A DNA stretch of 62,882 bases, the filler included, from Octopus bimaculoides (lineage: Eukaryota), in assembly GCF_001194135.2 (NCBI RefSeq). It is 6 parts of 5 records of this genome, joined end to end, with 100 filler letters (N's around TTAATTAATTAA, not from the genome) between each part and the next. Parts side by side here need not be neighbours in the genome. Positions count along the whole stretch, not along the records: positions 6,107 to 23,193 come from NC_068993.1; positions 23,294 to 33,129 come from NC_068983.1; 4 more parts are not named here. One strand, 5' to 3'. The position numbers were made by a program, and so were the translations under genes. Below, piece by piece: positions 13,937-28,707 of the stretch (position 1 is its first letter; every line of letters begins with the position of its first letter). The notes beneath the pieces are model-generated. The model ran no database searches, had not been told where the DNA came from, and was given only the letters and a program-made list of their open reading frames with translations.

Positions 13937-14918
13937 TACACACACCCCATATACATATACATGCATACACACACATACACATACACAGACTTGCATACAC
14001 AGACGCAACCCACAAACACACACACACACAAACATACATATATTCGCTCTGTAATCATGAAGTCTCAGGTGCCCGGAAACTACATGGAAGCCTATTATAT
14101 AAACTGTACTTGTAAATAACATGGTATACTCAGCCATTAATTCAAAGAAATGGCTGTTCAGTTAATCGATCAACTGGAAAAGTCATCTTCGAAACCGACG
14201 GAAGAGCGACACACACTCACACACACACACACACAAACTCGCATGTACACACACACACACACGCACGTAAATATGAACATATGTATGTGCGTGTGCGTGA
14301 GAGCGTGTGTAGATACGAGTTCTTTTGTTCTCCAGTTGCCATCATGCGTCTCATCTTTCTCCGCCGACATCTTTCATCTTCTGCATTTTGCCTTTGGTGA
14401 TGAAATAGTGACACCTAGCGGCCAGGCAGAATAACCTCAGTGACAGGGTGAGACAACTGAAGTGAATTCCCTGCGGTATTGGTTGAGCTAAATTGACTGT
14501 TTGGTTTCAGCCTAAGCTCTAGGGACCAGCAGAGGTGACCAAACTGGTTTCGTTTATGAGACTGAATGTGTGTGTGCGCGTGTATGTGTCTGTGTGTTTG
14601 TGTTTGTGCTTCTATGTGTCTGTGTATGTGAGCGTAGATGTGTATATGTGTGTCGGTTTTGCGTATGCACGAGATTGAACATCTCGTTGTCTATGCGTGT
14701 ATGCCTGTATGTTAATGTGTGTGCGGTGAAAATGTGTCTGCGTGTATGGTGTGAATGTGTTTGTATATGGGTATATACGGGTATATATGTATGTATTTTT
14801 GTATTTGTACCTCGGTGTGTACACGTGTATGTGTGTGAGAGCGTGTAAATATGTGTATAGGCGGGAGACTGAGCAAAAATTCAAGTTGGAATGTGTTGTA
14901 TTTGTGTATGTGTATGCA

Positions 14919-14954
<36 letters not shown>

Positions 14955-15091
14955 TATGCATGTGCTTCTATACATGTGTGCATGTGTGTGTGTGTGAATG
15001 TGGTAGTCTGGCGTCTGTGAAACAGTGTGTGCGCATTCTTGAATTCACCAGCATATGTGTTTAGGCGCCGCTTTCTCCGTGTCTGTGTTTG

Positions 15092-15139
<48 letters not shown>

Positions 15140-15399
15140 GGGAAGAAAAGGGAGAAAAAGAGCGAGTGAAAGAGAAAAAGACAGAGAGATTGTGTGCAAT
15201 GTTGTTCACTTGTATATGCAAAGGTATATGGCACAATATTTTGATTGTAAATATTAGTGCACGTGTTTATTTTCCTATTTCAGTGCAGGAGGAGGAAGGA
15301 AGGCCCCCCCCCCACCGCACTGTGGCAGAAGAGAACGAGTGGCAGGGTTCATCACCTATGGCAGTCTCCACTAGACGTAATGCGGCTTACGTTCAGTTT

Positions 15400-17130
<1,731 letters not shown>

Positions 17131-17454
17131 TCAAAGTTTGTTATTAATTTCATAAATTGATTTCTTCGGGCTGGAAGTGTGTGTGTATTTGGTGAGGAAG
17201 GAAGGAGTACAGCGGTGTGTGTGTGTGAGGGTGAGGAAGGAAGGAGTACAGCGGTGTGTGTGTGTGAGGGTGGTGGTGCGATATTGCAGCCTTGGTTTCA
17301 AGTAAGATAAAGACAATTACAACAACAAACAAAACTGGCAACTACAACGACTTCTGAGAAATAATAGTCAAATCTCCCTCAAATCGTATTCTGTCTTAAA
17401 AATGAACGCATTGGAGAATTGGAGGATAATGTTTTAAATACACTATTCTTTTAT

Positions 17455-17660
17455 TCTTTTATTCTTTTACTTGTTTCAGTCATTTAACTGCGGCCATGCT
17501 GGAGCACTGCCTTTAGTCGAACAAATCCATCCCAGGACTTATTCTTTGTAAGCCTAGTGCTTATTCTATCGGTCGCTTTTTCCGAACCGCTAAGTTACAG
17601 GGACATAAACACACCAACATCGGATGTCAAGCAATGGTGGGGGATAAACACAGACACACT
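17455..17660 (-). mobile_element. SINE family A 3' half
   Basis: ttttacttgtttcagtcatttaactgcggccatgctggagcac (reverse complement of the tail). Confidence 0.8.
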
Positions 17661-18447
17661 CACCATGATAGATCGCTGACCACTACATTTATATTTTTTT
17701 CTCCTTGTTTCTCTCCTTATTTCTTTCTGTGTTCCTTTCAGTTGAAGAGCATAGGCTCGAAACATTAAAGGCTTTCTCTATTCCCGAGCATTAAACTAAT
17801 ACATCGATTTGTTGTTTACACCACCTGTCTTCGTCTGTTGTTTTTTTCGTAAATTCTCCCATATATATATATATATATATANNNNNNNNNNNNNNNNNNN
17901 NNNNNNNNNNNNNNNNNNNNNNNNNNNNNNNNNNNNNNNNNNNNNNNNNNNNNNNNNNNNNNNNNNNNNNNNNNNNNNNNNNNNNNNNNNNNNNNNNNNN
18001 NNNNNNNNNNNNNNNNNNNNNNNNNNNNNNNNNNNNNNNNNNNNNNNNNNNNNNNNNNNNNNNNNNNNNNNNNNNNNNNNNNNNNNNNNNNNNNNNNNNN
18101 NNNNNNNNNNNNNNNNNNNNNNNNNNNNNNNNNNNNNNNNNNNNNNNNNNNNNNNNNNNNNNNNNNNNNNNNNNNNNNNNNNNNNNNNNNNNNNNNNNNN
18201 NNNNNNNNNNNNNNNNNNNNNNNNNNNNNNNNNNNNNNNNNNNNNNNNNNNNNNNNNNNNNNNNNNNNNNNNNNNNNNNNNNNNNNNNNNNNNNNNNNNN
18301 NNNNNNNNNNNNNNNNNNNNNNNNNNNNNNNNNNNNNNNNNNNNNNNNNNNNNNNNNNNNNNNNNNNNNNNNNNNNNNNNNNNNNNNNNNNNNNNNNNNN
18401 NNNNNNNNNNNNNNNNNNNNNNNNNNNNNNNNNNNNNNNNNNNNNNN

Positions 18448-18502
<55 letters not shown>

Positions 18503-19764
18503 TGTACACACAGGCACGTACACACAGGCACGTACACACATACGGGTGTGTAGTTTGTCGCCATTTTAAGTCTGTTCTTGATATAATTCACAGTTAATAA
18601 GAGAAAACAAACTAAAAGCAAATAATTGATATATCTGTTTCTAGCGTTCTGGCAGAGAAAGATATCAATAATTTGGTTTCAGAATTGACAGCAGACTGTT
18701 GATATCAATTAAATTTTCTCGTCTTTGTTAGAAATAGTTTTGTACAGGTCTTAATCGAAGGCAATTCTCGTAAAAACTATATAAATAATGAAATCACGTT
18801 TTCTTGCAAAGCTCCTTGCTACTATCTCAGTTAAGCATACCTAAACTACAATATTTTATTATGGTAGCTTAAAAGATTATTAACTGCAATGAAGCTCACT
18901 TTTGTAAAAAAACATCACATACCTTTTCTCATTTGATTTTTCATTTTCATTTTTGTAGTTGAAAGATTTACCTGGATTATATAATCGCAGAAAGGTAAAG
19001 CAGCATATGAACGTTACCTGCCATAATTTACTCATGGTTATTTTAGACCAGGTATGAGTAAACCTATTCGTGAAATAGGCCACATGAGATATGGTTCATC
19101 ATCAGTCGGGCCGCGCTTCTAGATAACTCAATGTATTTTTCCGTTAAGCATGCCATTCAGAATCTCACGGGTTGCGGTTTGCTCACGACTGCCTTAAACG
19201 TTATGTATATTACTTAGAAAGTAAACCGACACAACGAAAATAACTACCAGTTTGTACTGGTCTTGATCTAATCGATTACAGTCATCTCTCAAATGTGTTT
19301 CCATTTGCTTACTTAGAGGAATCTCAGTGTTATCATTGTGAGGATGATTGTTACATGTCATATGATGGCTGGTCTTGGGAATATTCTCATGTCACTGTTG
19401 ATAATATCAAATAATATTAGATAGGTAAAACAATTAGAATTTAACTCTGTCGAATTTTGAATTTTGCGGTGTTTATGGAAAACAATAAAATGAATTCTAA
19501 ATTCCAAAATATAACAAATATACAATTATTACATTCAAATAAACACATTTATTCATTTGCATATTTACAAAAAATTTATATTATCAACAACAATATTACC
19601 GTTTAGCTATCAATAAATTACTGTTGTGATATAATGATTCATTCCATACAAGCGTGACATTTTAGCATCGTCCACCAACCAATAATGAGTGTTATTAGTT
19701 TTGATTGTTGAATGTACCAGTTATTAAAATTAGATTCAATTAAATAAAACAAGCATCTCATTTA

Positions 19765-19960
19765 CCTTTCTCTTGTTTCAGTCATTTGACTGCGGCCATG
19801 CTGGAGCACCACCTTGAAGAGTTTTAGTTGAACAAGTCGAAGCCAGTACTTATTTCTTTTAAAGCTTAGCATTTATTCGATCGGTCTCCTGCAAGGTCAC
19901 GGGGATGTAAACAAAGCAACATCGGTTGTCAAGAGGTGGAGAAAAATATAAACACACACA
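19765..19960 (-). mobile_element. SINE family A 3' half
   Basis: cttgtttcagtcatttgactgcggccatgctggagcacc. Confidence 0.75.
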
Positions 19961-20244
19961 CATTTGTTTGTATGTATATTTATTTCTCTCCCACTTTGCT
20001 ATTCTTTATCTCCCCGCCCCTTTTTTAAAAAAAACAAAACAATATTCTCCTCTTCTAAAGAAAACAACAAAACATCTGATTCATATAAATGAACAAAGAA
20101 ACGTTCTGTTTTTACCATTCTGATTTTGATTTTGTCATGACGAATCCGAAAACGAACGAAAACGCTAATAATGGATTATCCAAATTTTAAACTGCCTCCT
20201 TTTTCTCAATATACAGTATCTGTACACCACTTCAAACACACACG

Positions 20245-20304
<60 letters not shown>

Positions 20305-21466
20305 NNNNNNNNNNNNNNNNNNNNNNNNNNNNNNNNNNNNNNNNNNNNNNNNNNNNNNNNNNNNNNNNNNNNNNNNNNNNNNNNNNNNNNNNNNNNNNNN
20401 NNNNNNNNNNNNNNNNNNNNNNNNNNNNNNNNNNNNNNNNNNNNNNNNNNNNNNNNNNNNNNNNNNNNNNNNNNNNNNNNNNNNNNNNNNNNNNNNNNNN
20501 NNNNNNNNNNNNNNNNNNNNNNNNNNNNNNNNNNNNNNNNNNNNNNNNNNNNNNNNNNNNNNNNNNNNNNNNNNNNNNNNNNNNNNNNNNNNNNNNNNNN
20601 NNNNNNNNNNNNNNNNNNNNNNNNNNNNNNNNNNNNNNNNNNNNNNNNNNNNNNNNNNNNNNNNNNNNNNNNNNNNNNNNNNNNNNNNNNNNNNNNNNNN
20701 NNNNNNNNNNNNNNNNNNNNNNNNNNNNNNNTATATAAATGTATATATATATATATATATATACATGTATATATATGCATAGATATGCGTATACAAATAT
20801 ATCATATATTTATGTATATATAACGTAAACACACAAATGTATATGATATATATGAATGCATATATGCATACATGTATGCATTATGTACACACACACACAC
20901 ACACACGAAAACATATTCATAAATTATACACGCGCATGCATACCTATACATCAGGCTGTATGTAACAACAAAGAAAAATATCGTATTAAAAAATTTAAAA
21001 AAGCAGAAAGGGAAAAAAAAAACCAAGTCAAAGTAATACGCAGAGAAGAAATCACGACCCTCCCCATTTAAAAAAAAAAAAAGAAAAAAAAAGGAACAAA
21101 CAACCCCAACTTAAAAAAAAAAAGTTAAAAACTTCCCGCTTAATAAACAAAGTAGGGTGAGTGTAGATGATGAAGCCAGGTGTTAAGCAAATAGCTGAGA
21201 TACGGAAGTGATTTTTCAGTGTTTTCCGCCTGGCTTTGCTGATTAACTTACATGTTAGTCTCTGATGTTTATCAAGCAATTACCAAGGTGTATTGTCCCG
21301 AGGAATCGGAACATTTATTTGCAATCCATCAATTGCTTTCGGCCAAAAAGTCTTTTCCTAATTTATTTATTTATTCATTTATTTATTCCGCTTTACATTA
21401 TTTTGCTATATATACATATTAATATTTTTTTAAACAATTTTTCAAGGTGAGGAGAATTTCTTTGAA

Positions 21467-21535
<69 letters not shown>

Positions 21536-22634
21536 GTTATTATGTATTTTATATTTTGTTGTGTATTCTGCTTCTTACCCAAAATCAGAACAAACAACAC
21601 AGACAAAATACGTTCAACCTACATAAAAGCAATATACACGCGCACACACACATACACATATATATTTGTGTATTTATATGTACATATATATNNNNNNNNN
21701 NNNNNNNNNNNNNNNNNNNNNNNNNNNNNNNNNNNNNNNNNNNNNNNNNNNNNNNNNNNNNNNNNNNNNNNNNNNNNNNNNNNNNNNNNNNNNNNNNNNN
21801 NNNNNNNNNNNNNNNNNNNNNNNNNNNNNNNNNNNNNNNNNNNNNNNNNNNNNNNNNNNNNNNNNNNNNNNNNNNNNNNNNNNNNNNNNNTATGAGGTAG
21901 AAACTCCCTGTTATTTTGGGTATTTGAGTGAATATAAAATTTAATAAATGGAGTAATACGCATATATTAAATGAGTTCTTTTATTTCTGACATATGTTTC
22001 GAAGATTACAAATGGTTCCTTCCAAAGGAATGGGTGATGTTGATAAAGATGTAATCTTCTCTTCAGGGAAATACATAAGAGCCAACTTAACCGTAAGACA
22101 TTTTAACCGAATGTGATAACTGTGGGTAGAGAAGATTGCTACCTATCTTATTTGAAAAAAACCGTTGGAAGTTGCAACGCTACGGGGCAGTACGTTGGAC
22201 AAGGAGGGAAGAAAAGAAGGAAAAGAAGAAATTTAGAATTTAGAATGGGAAGTCAATAAAATGATTTAAAACTCGATTAAAAATGAGAGAAGAGTTTTTT
22301 TTATGTATAATAGGACCGCAAAGGGGGATTGATCTTGTATTCGAAATCCTTTGAAGCCCTCGTTGGCCTCTACTGGGACAAATTTTCGTCTTCCTCTGAT
22401 ATTTAATGTGTTTTAACGTAGCAAGATCATTAGAAATGTTATCAAAGGACAAATACCGCAGTAACTGACCAATGAACTATATATGTACATTAAGTATGAT
22501 ACATAAATGTCTGTTTTAATCTAATATTGCTGAAATTGTATGAGTATAATTGACAACATGATTTTTTAAAATTACACAACATACATGTATAGGTTCACAA
22601 ACACAGACATCACTCACACTCAAACACAAGCACG

Positions 22635-22687
<53 letters not shown>

Positions 22688-22959
22688 GTCTGTCTGTCTG
22701 TCTGTCTGCCTGTCTGTCTGTCTGTCTGTCTGTCTGTCTTTCTCTCTCTCTACACACACACGCATATTTTGTCATCTATCCATAGTAATCATTGTTCTTC
22801 GAAGTTTACATACATTTGTAAATATATGTGCTTGTTTGAACGCGGCCATCCTATTTCTGTACACGCACACACACATACACTCACATATTAATTTCATATT
22901 CGAATGCAAATAATTGTTTATTACTGTATTTCAGTTGTGTGCATATTCGCATTCAAACA

Positions 22960-22998
<39 letters not shown>

Positions 22999-23131
22999 TT
23001 TACACACACACCTATGTATGTATATATACACATACATGCATTCACTGATATATATGTGTCGGTGTATGTGTACATAGACACGCGCACACGCATATGCCTA
23101 TGCCTATGTATGTATATATACATAAATACAT

Positions 23132-23193
<62 letters not shown>

Positions 23194-23335
23194 NNNNNNN
23201 NNNNNNNNNNNNNNNNNNNNNNNNNNNNNNNNNNNNNTTAATTAATTAANNNNNNNNNNNNNNNNNNNNNNNNNNNNNNNNNNNNNNNNNNNNGTATATA
23301 TATATATATGGATAGATAGATAGATAGATAGATAG

Positions 23336-23380
<45 letters not shown>

Positions 23381-24221
23381 ATACATAATATATAAATATA
23401 TGCATATACCCATACATATATGCATATGCCTACATCTATATGTATACATGCATGCATATATGGGTACAGGACATCAAATCAAAGAAATAAACGTTAAAAC
23501 ACAATGAGAAACGAAAACATAAAAACGAAAACAGAAAACGAACTTTTTTTGAATAACAAAAAAAAACAGAGAAACGAGGCAGGCAACATAAAGAGTATAC
23601 TCCTTCGTCAGTTGTCCCTGTTTCATCTACTCCGCGTTTCGAAGGCAAAGATAATACGGGACTTCGTTGGAATAGTCCTTACTGAAAAGCAAATTAAATA
23701 ACATTTGTGATATTTTGCGCAGGGTGAAATTGTTAACAAGAACAGGACAGTGAGAACAAGACAGTAAAAACAAACTGTGAGACGATAGAAAAATTATTAC
23801 GAACGCTAGATAGACGCGCCATGAGAGACGAAACAGAAAAAAACACATATTTTCTTTAGGAAGGCAGTGGATAGAAAGAGAGATTCCCTTTCGTCACGTG
23901 TCAGCGACGAGCGAGTCAAGGAGGGAGAGTGAGAGAGAGAGAGAGTGAGAGGGAACGGTGAAAGAGAGAGAAGAATAGGGAAAAGGTGGGAGAGAAAAGC
24001 AGAAAGGATGAAGAACATGCGAGGGAGATATATATATAGAGAAGAGATAGTAAACGAATGCGCATTGTAATTATTAAGATGAAACTTACATGGAAAAGGT
24101 TGCGTGGCGTCCGATCATATAATGATATGAATAATATATAAATATATGCATATATCCATACATATATGTACATACCTACATCAATATGTATCTATACACG
24201 CATATATGGGTGCAGGATATG

Positions 24222-24258
<37 letters not shown>

Positions 24259-24821
24259 NNNNNNNNNNNNNNNNNNNNNNNNNNNNNNNNNNNNNNNNNN
24301 NNNNNNNNNNNGAAAATCAATAAAAATTTTCACTTCCAGTGGACTAGCGAATAAAAATTTAGCCCAAAGTCTATGAATAACTCATCCACTCATGGGATTC
24401 CTTACGCTAGAAAGAACAGCAAGGTTCTAGAACCACAAAATTAGGGATAAAATCCCGAAAGGAGCTAAATGAAAAACTAAAAACTTTTACTATGTAGATT
24501 CCTGGACCAATTGGTTTCTGACTTTAGTTTAGCAAATAAGATAATTTCTTAGGTGAAGTCGTTTTCAACAGGTATAGCTAAGATTAAAATATATAAGCAC
24601 GAGGCAATCAATTATATGCCTCCCGTTTATACATTCTAACTTTTCAAGTCTTCTGCGCAGGCGCAGCTCCTCGCCGGCAATAAAAAAAATGCTAATTTAT
24701 AAAATTCGAAAATTTTCCAAAAACTTACAATACTTAATCATATCGAAGGGAAATGGAAGTTAGTAAAAATGTTCACTTCCAGTGGCCTAGCGTATAAAAA
24801 TTTAGTCCAAAGACTATGAAT

Positions 24822-25287
24822 TTAAATATTCATGGATAACCTTAAACTTTATGGTAAAGATGAAGCTCAAGTCAGTTCCCTCGTTGATATGGTGCATTCC
24901 TTCAGTAATATCGGAATGGAGTTCGGACTGGGTGTGTTAGTCTTGAAGAGAGGAAAAATCAAACGTATGGACGGGCTAACGATACTGTTGGAAGAGGCTG
25001 TGAAGCAGATAGAAGATTCGGACTATATGTATTGGGGAATTTCGGAAAGGATAAATTGATGGAGAAAGAAATTACAGAAAAATTTCAGGCGGAAAACAGA
25101 CTGAGACTGATACTAAAGTCGACATTAAACGGACGGAATAATATCGAAGCTATCAACGCCTGGGCGGTTTCACTCCTTAGGTATAGAGCAGGGGTACACG
25201 CATGGGCTGTAGACGAACTAAACAGCTTTGACAGAAAGACAAGGAAGTTGCTAACTACATATGGGTCACTCCACACCAAAAGTGACG
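24822..25287 (+). mobile_element. R4/Dong-clade non-LTR retrotransposon fragment (RT C-terminal part)
   Basis: MDNLKLYGKDE..IGMEFGL..VLKRGK..Y.YWGI..RLILKSTLNGRNNIEAINAWAVSLLRY..DELNSFDRKTRKLLT.YGSLH.KSD, typical of RLE-type R4-clade RT. Confidence 0.8.
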
Positions 25288-27530
25288 CAAACAGACAGAC
25301 TGTACGTACTAACATAGTAGCATTACTGGGTTAGTACAATGGTCCAATAATATAGAAGTCGTCGACTGGTTTAAAGCTGTTAAGAATAAGAATAAAGCGA
25401 AATTCACGAAGTTCGATATTGTCGATTTCTATTCCTCTATCTCTAAAGAACTGCTAGATAAAGCTCTTCCCTTCGCAAGCGGATTCATAAAAATCAGCAC
25501 ACAGGATAAGGACATAATCTTCCATGCTAGAAACACTTTATTCTTCAGCGAAAACGCAGAATGGGTCAAGACTACCAGTACAGAGGACGCTTTCGATGTG
25601 AGCATGGGGTCATATGATGGAGCAGACATATGCGATCTTATTGGACTGTTCCTAATCGATACGTTGGGCAAGACTTTTCCTGACGTACACTTCGAAATTT
25701 ACAAAGATGATGCCCTGGCTTTAACCGCTAATACCAATGGACCAGCACAGGGTCGGTTTAGGAAGGATATTATCCATTTGATGAAAACGTTCAGTCTTAG
25801 CATAACTACAGATACCAACCTGACGGTTGTCAATTGCCTAGATGTATCCCTAGATCTAAATAAGAATATTTATGAACCTTATAAGAAGCCCAACCATAGA
25901 CTTAATTATATCAATGTGGCTCCCTGCCATCCCCCCATGGTGTTTAAAAATTTAGTTAAAAACATTAGTAAAAAAAAAATTCTAGCCTCTCCTCTGATAG
26001 GGACATTTTTAATAGCGTTGCCCCAGATAATAATACAGCTCCAAAAGACAGTGGTTTTAATGAGGAAATAACGTATACCCCTGCCACCAGTCCAATAATA
26101 AAGAAAAGAAGACATAGAAATAGGAAAACTATCTGGTTCACACACCCCTACTCACCCGAAGTGACCTTTAATATAGGCAAGTACTTCTTGGCACTGATAG
26201 ATAGACACTTTGCAGTCAACCATAGTTATAGAAAGATCTTCAGCAGACAACTTAAAAATCAGTTTCAGCTCAACTGCTAATTTAAAAAATATAATGTGCC
26301 CGCTAAATGGAGGTTGCATGTTCGAAACCATCATTTATGAGGCCACCGTGGACTCTATATCAACTAAGGACACAGTTTCGACGAAGAAATACGTGGGCTT
26401 GCGGAGGGTAATTTCAAGACCAGATTCAATAATCACACTTTGAGCTTCAGGCACTGGGATAAAAAGAAAACGACCATATTATGCAGTCATATATGGTCCT
26501 TAAAATATAAAGGTGTCAGTTACAACATCCATTGGAAGATCTTAGCCAAGTGTAAACCTTACACCAGCAGCAGCGGAAGGTGCGGTCTATGTGATATGGA
26601 AAGATAGCTCATCTGGAAAGGCAGCTTAGACTCCACCACATGTCTAAATTCAAGAACTGAACTTTTCGGATCATGTCCACATGTGGCTAAATATTTGCTA
26701 TGTTATTGGTTCCCCTGAGTTTACTGAGAGGACTTGCTTTCTATATTGTCTACGTTTAAGCTTTTTATCTCTATACTTTTTACTTAGATTTCTTATATGT
26801 ATTTTTATATTTTTTTACATATTTATAGAGATAATATTTTGTCTGTATTCTCCCCTCCACCCTGTTTTTTTTCTTGTGCGTCCATAGACGCGTACATGGA
26901 ACCTTACGTGCGCGCTTGTGGATGTGTGCGTGTGTGCGAGTACGTGCCTATATAGATGTATGTCCGTGCATGCGAAGATATGCGCATATAGACGCGCTTT
27001 AACCTTATAGCTTTTTCACGCTTTCTTCTGTATTTTGCTTTCAGCCCTGTGTTTTTTTACGTGCGTGTGTATGGGTGTGAGGATGTTGAGCGCGTGTGCG
27101 CGTGGGTGTGTATGCGGGTATATATATGTACATGCATATACATACATAGTTTTTGGCTAGTATGTGGGTGAGCATGTGTATGTTTCAAGCGAGGGGGAGT
27201 TGAGTATATACATATAGGCGAATGTAGGGATTGGTGCCTTTAAGCGAACACTATAGACTTTCTACTCCCTTCCTTCTACTCCCTTCCCTTACTTAGCGGT
27301 CTATAGCTTTTCTGCCTTAATAACGGTCAGCCACACAGTAATTTCCGATTGTTTAACGGTCATTTTTCACAGGAATTTTCAATGGCCAGATAACTGAAGA
27401 GATGGAAGCGTGGATTCCCACTCCGGCATCCGAAACTCGTAGTTTTAGTATGGCTACCGAATAAGCGTCACATATTTTTACAGATAAATTCATCTATTTA
27501 CCGAGGACTCGTTCTTTCTTTTGTTGTCCT
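25288..27530 (+). mobile_element. Penelope-like retroelement, 5'-truncated and degenerate: RT + Cys-linker + C-terminal GIY-YIG endonuclease + 3' region
   Basis: Frameshifted translation gives QWSNNIEVVDWFK..KFDIVDFYSSIS..FDVSMGSYDGADICDLIG..YKDDAL..VNCLDVSLDL..YINVAPCHPP (PLE RT), then CPLNGGC..IIYEATV..KKYVGL..EGNFKTRFNNHTLSF..HIWSLK..WKIL..CGLCDME..LNSRTELFGSCPH (GIY-YIG). The ORF ends near 26718; the 3' boundary is approximate. Confidence 0.9.
27384..27454 (+). ncRNA. Putative type I hammerhead ribozyme in the 3' region of the Penelope-like element
   Basis: CTGAAGA (27394-27400); stem II GATG...CATC; GAAAC-tcgta-GTT (stem III and GUU site at 27442-27444); stem I gccagataa pairs with ttagtatggc. 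An extra C before GAAA makes the core imperfect. Confidence 0.55.
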
Positions 27531-28648
27531 TTGTATCAATATATATACATATATATATATACCGGAATAAGCACATGAAATGTGCAACAAGGTGGAAAAA
27601 AGAGTACTCAAATACCAGAGGTAGAGTAATATGCTTTCTTTAAAACTGTCCGATGGACGGGAACGTAAAACTCAGAGTAACAGTCTTTTNNNNNNNNNNN
27701 NNNNNNNNNNNNNNNNNNNNNNNNNNNNNNNNNNNNNNNNNNNNNNNNNNNNNNNNNNNNNNNNNNNNNNNNNNNNNNNNNNNNNNNNNNNNNNNNNNNN
27801 NNNNNNNNNNNNNNNNNNNNNNNNNNNNNNNNNNNNNNNNNNNNNNNNNNNNNNNNNNNNNNNNNNNNNNNNNNNNNNNNNNNNNNNNNNNNNNNNNNNN
27901 NNNNNNNNNNNNNNNNNNNNNNNNNNNNNNNNNNNNNNNNNNNNNNNNNNNNNNNNNNNNNNNNNNNNNNNNNNNNNNNNNNNNNNNNNNNNNNNNNNNN
28001 NNNNNNNNNNNNNNNNNNNNNNNNNNNNNNNNNNNNNNNNNNNNNNNNNNNNNNNNNNNNNNNNNNNNNNNNNNNNNNNNNNNNNNNNNNNNNNNNNNNN
28101 NNNNNNNNNNNNNNNNNNNNNNNNNNNNNNNNNNNNNNNNNNNNNNNNNNNNNNNNNNNNNNNNNNNNNNNNNNNNNNNNNNNNNNNNNNNNNNNNNNNN
28201 NNNNNNNNNNNNNNNNNNNNNNNNNNNNNNNNNNNNNNNNNNNNNNNNNNNNNNNNNNNNNNNNNNNNNNNNNNNNNNNNNNNNNNNNNNNNNNNNNNNN
28301 NNNNNNNNNNNNNNNNNNNNNNNNNNNNNNNNNNNNNNNNNNNNNNNNNNNNNNNNNNNNNNNNNNNNNNNNNNNNNNNNNNNNNNNNNNNNNNNNNNNN
28401 NNNNNNNNNNNNNNNNNNNNNNNNNNNNNNNNNNNNNNNNNNNNNNNNNNNNNNNNNNNNNNNNNNNNNNNNNNNNNNNNNNNNNNNNNNNNNNNNNNNN
28501 NNNNNNNNNNNNNNNNNNNNNNNNNNNNNNNNNNNNNNNNNNNNNNNNNNNNNNNNNNNNNNNNNNNNNNNNNNNNNNNNNNNNNNNNNNNNNNNNNNNN
28601 NNNNNNNNNNNNNNNNNNNNNNNNNNNNNNNNNNNNNNNNNNNNNNNN

Positions 28649-28707
<59 letters not shown>

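Noticed and set aside
17190-17272. 39-bp tandem duplication (similar local duplications at 10800-10845, 35770-35830 and 41620-41660)
   Set aside because: Two-copy slippage duplications in non-coding DNA; no spacer array or CRISPR-like structure.
26570-26610. In-frame stop in the Penelope endonuclease as possible selenocysteine recoding (known for Naiad PLEs)
   Set aside because: The stop seen is TAG, not TGA; the element has a C-terminal rather than N-terminal GIY-YIG; and it carries several frameshifts, which points to ordinary decay.
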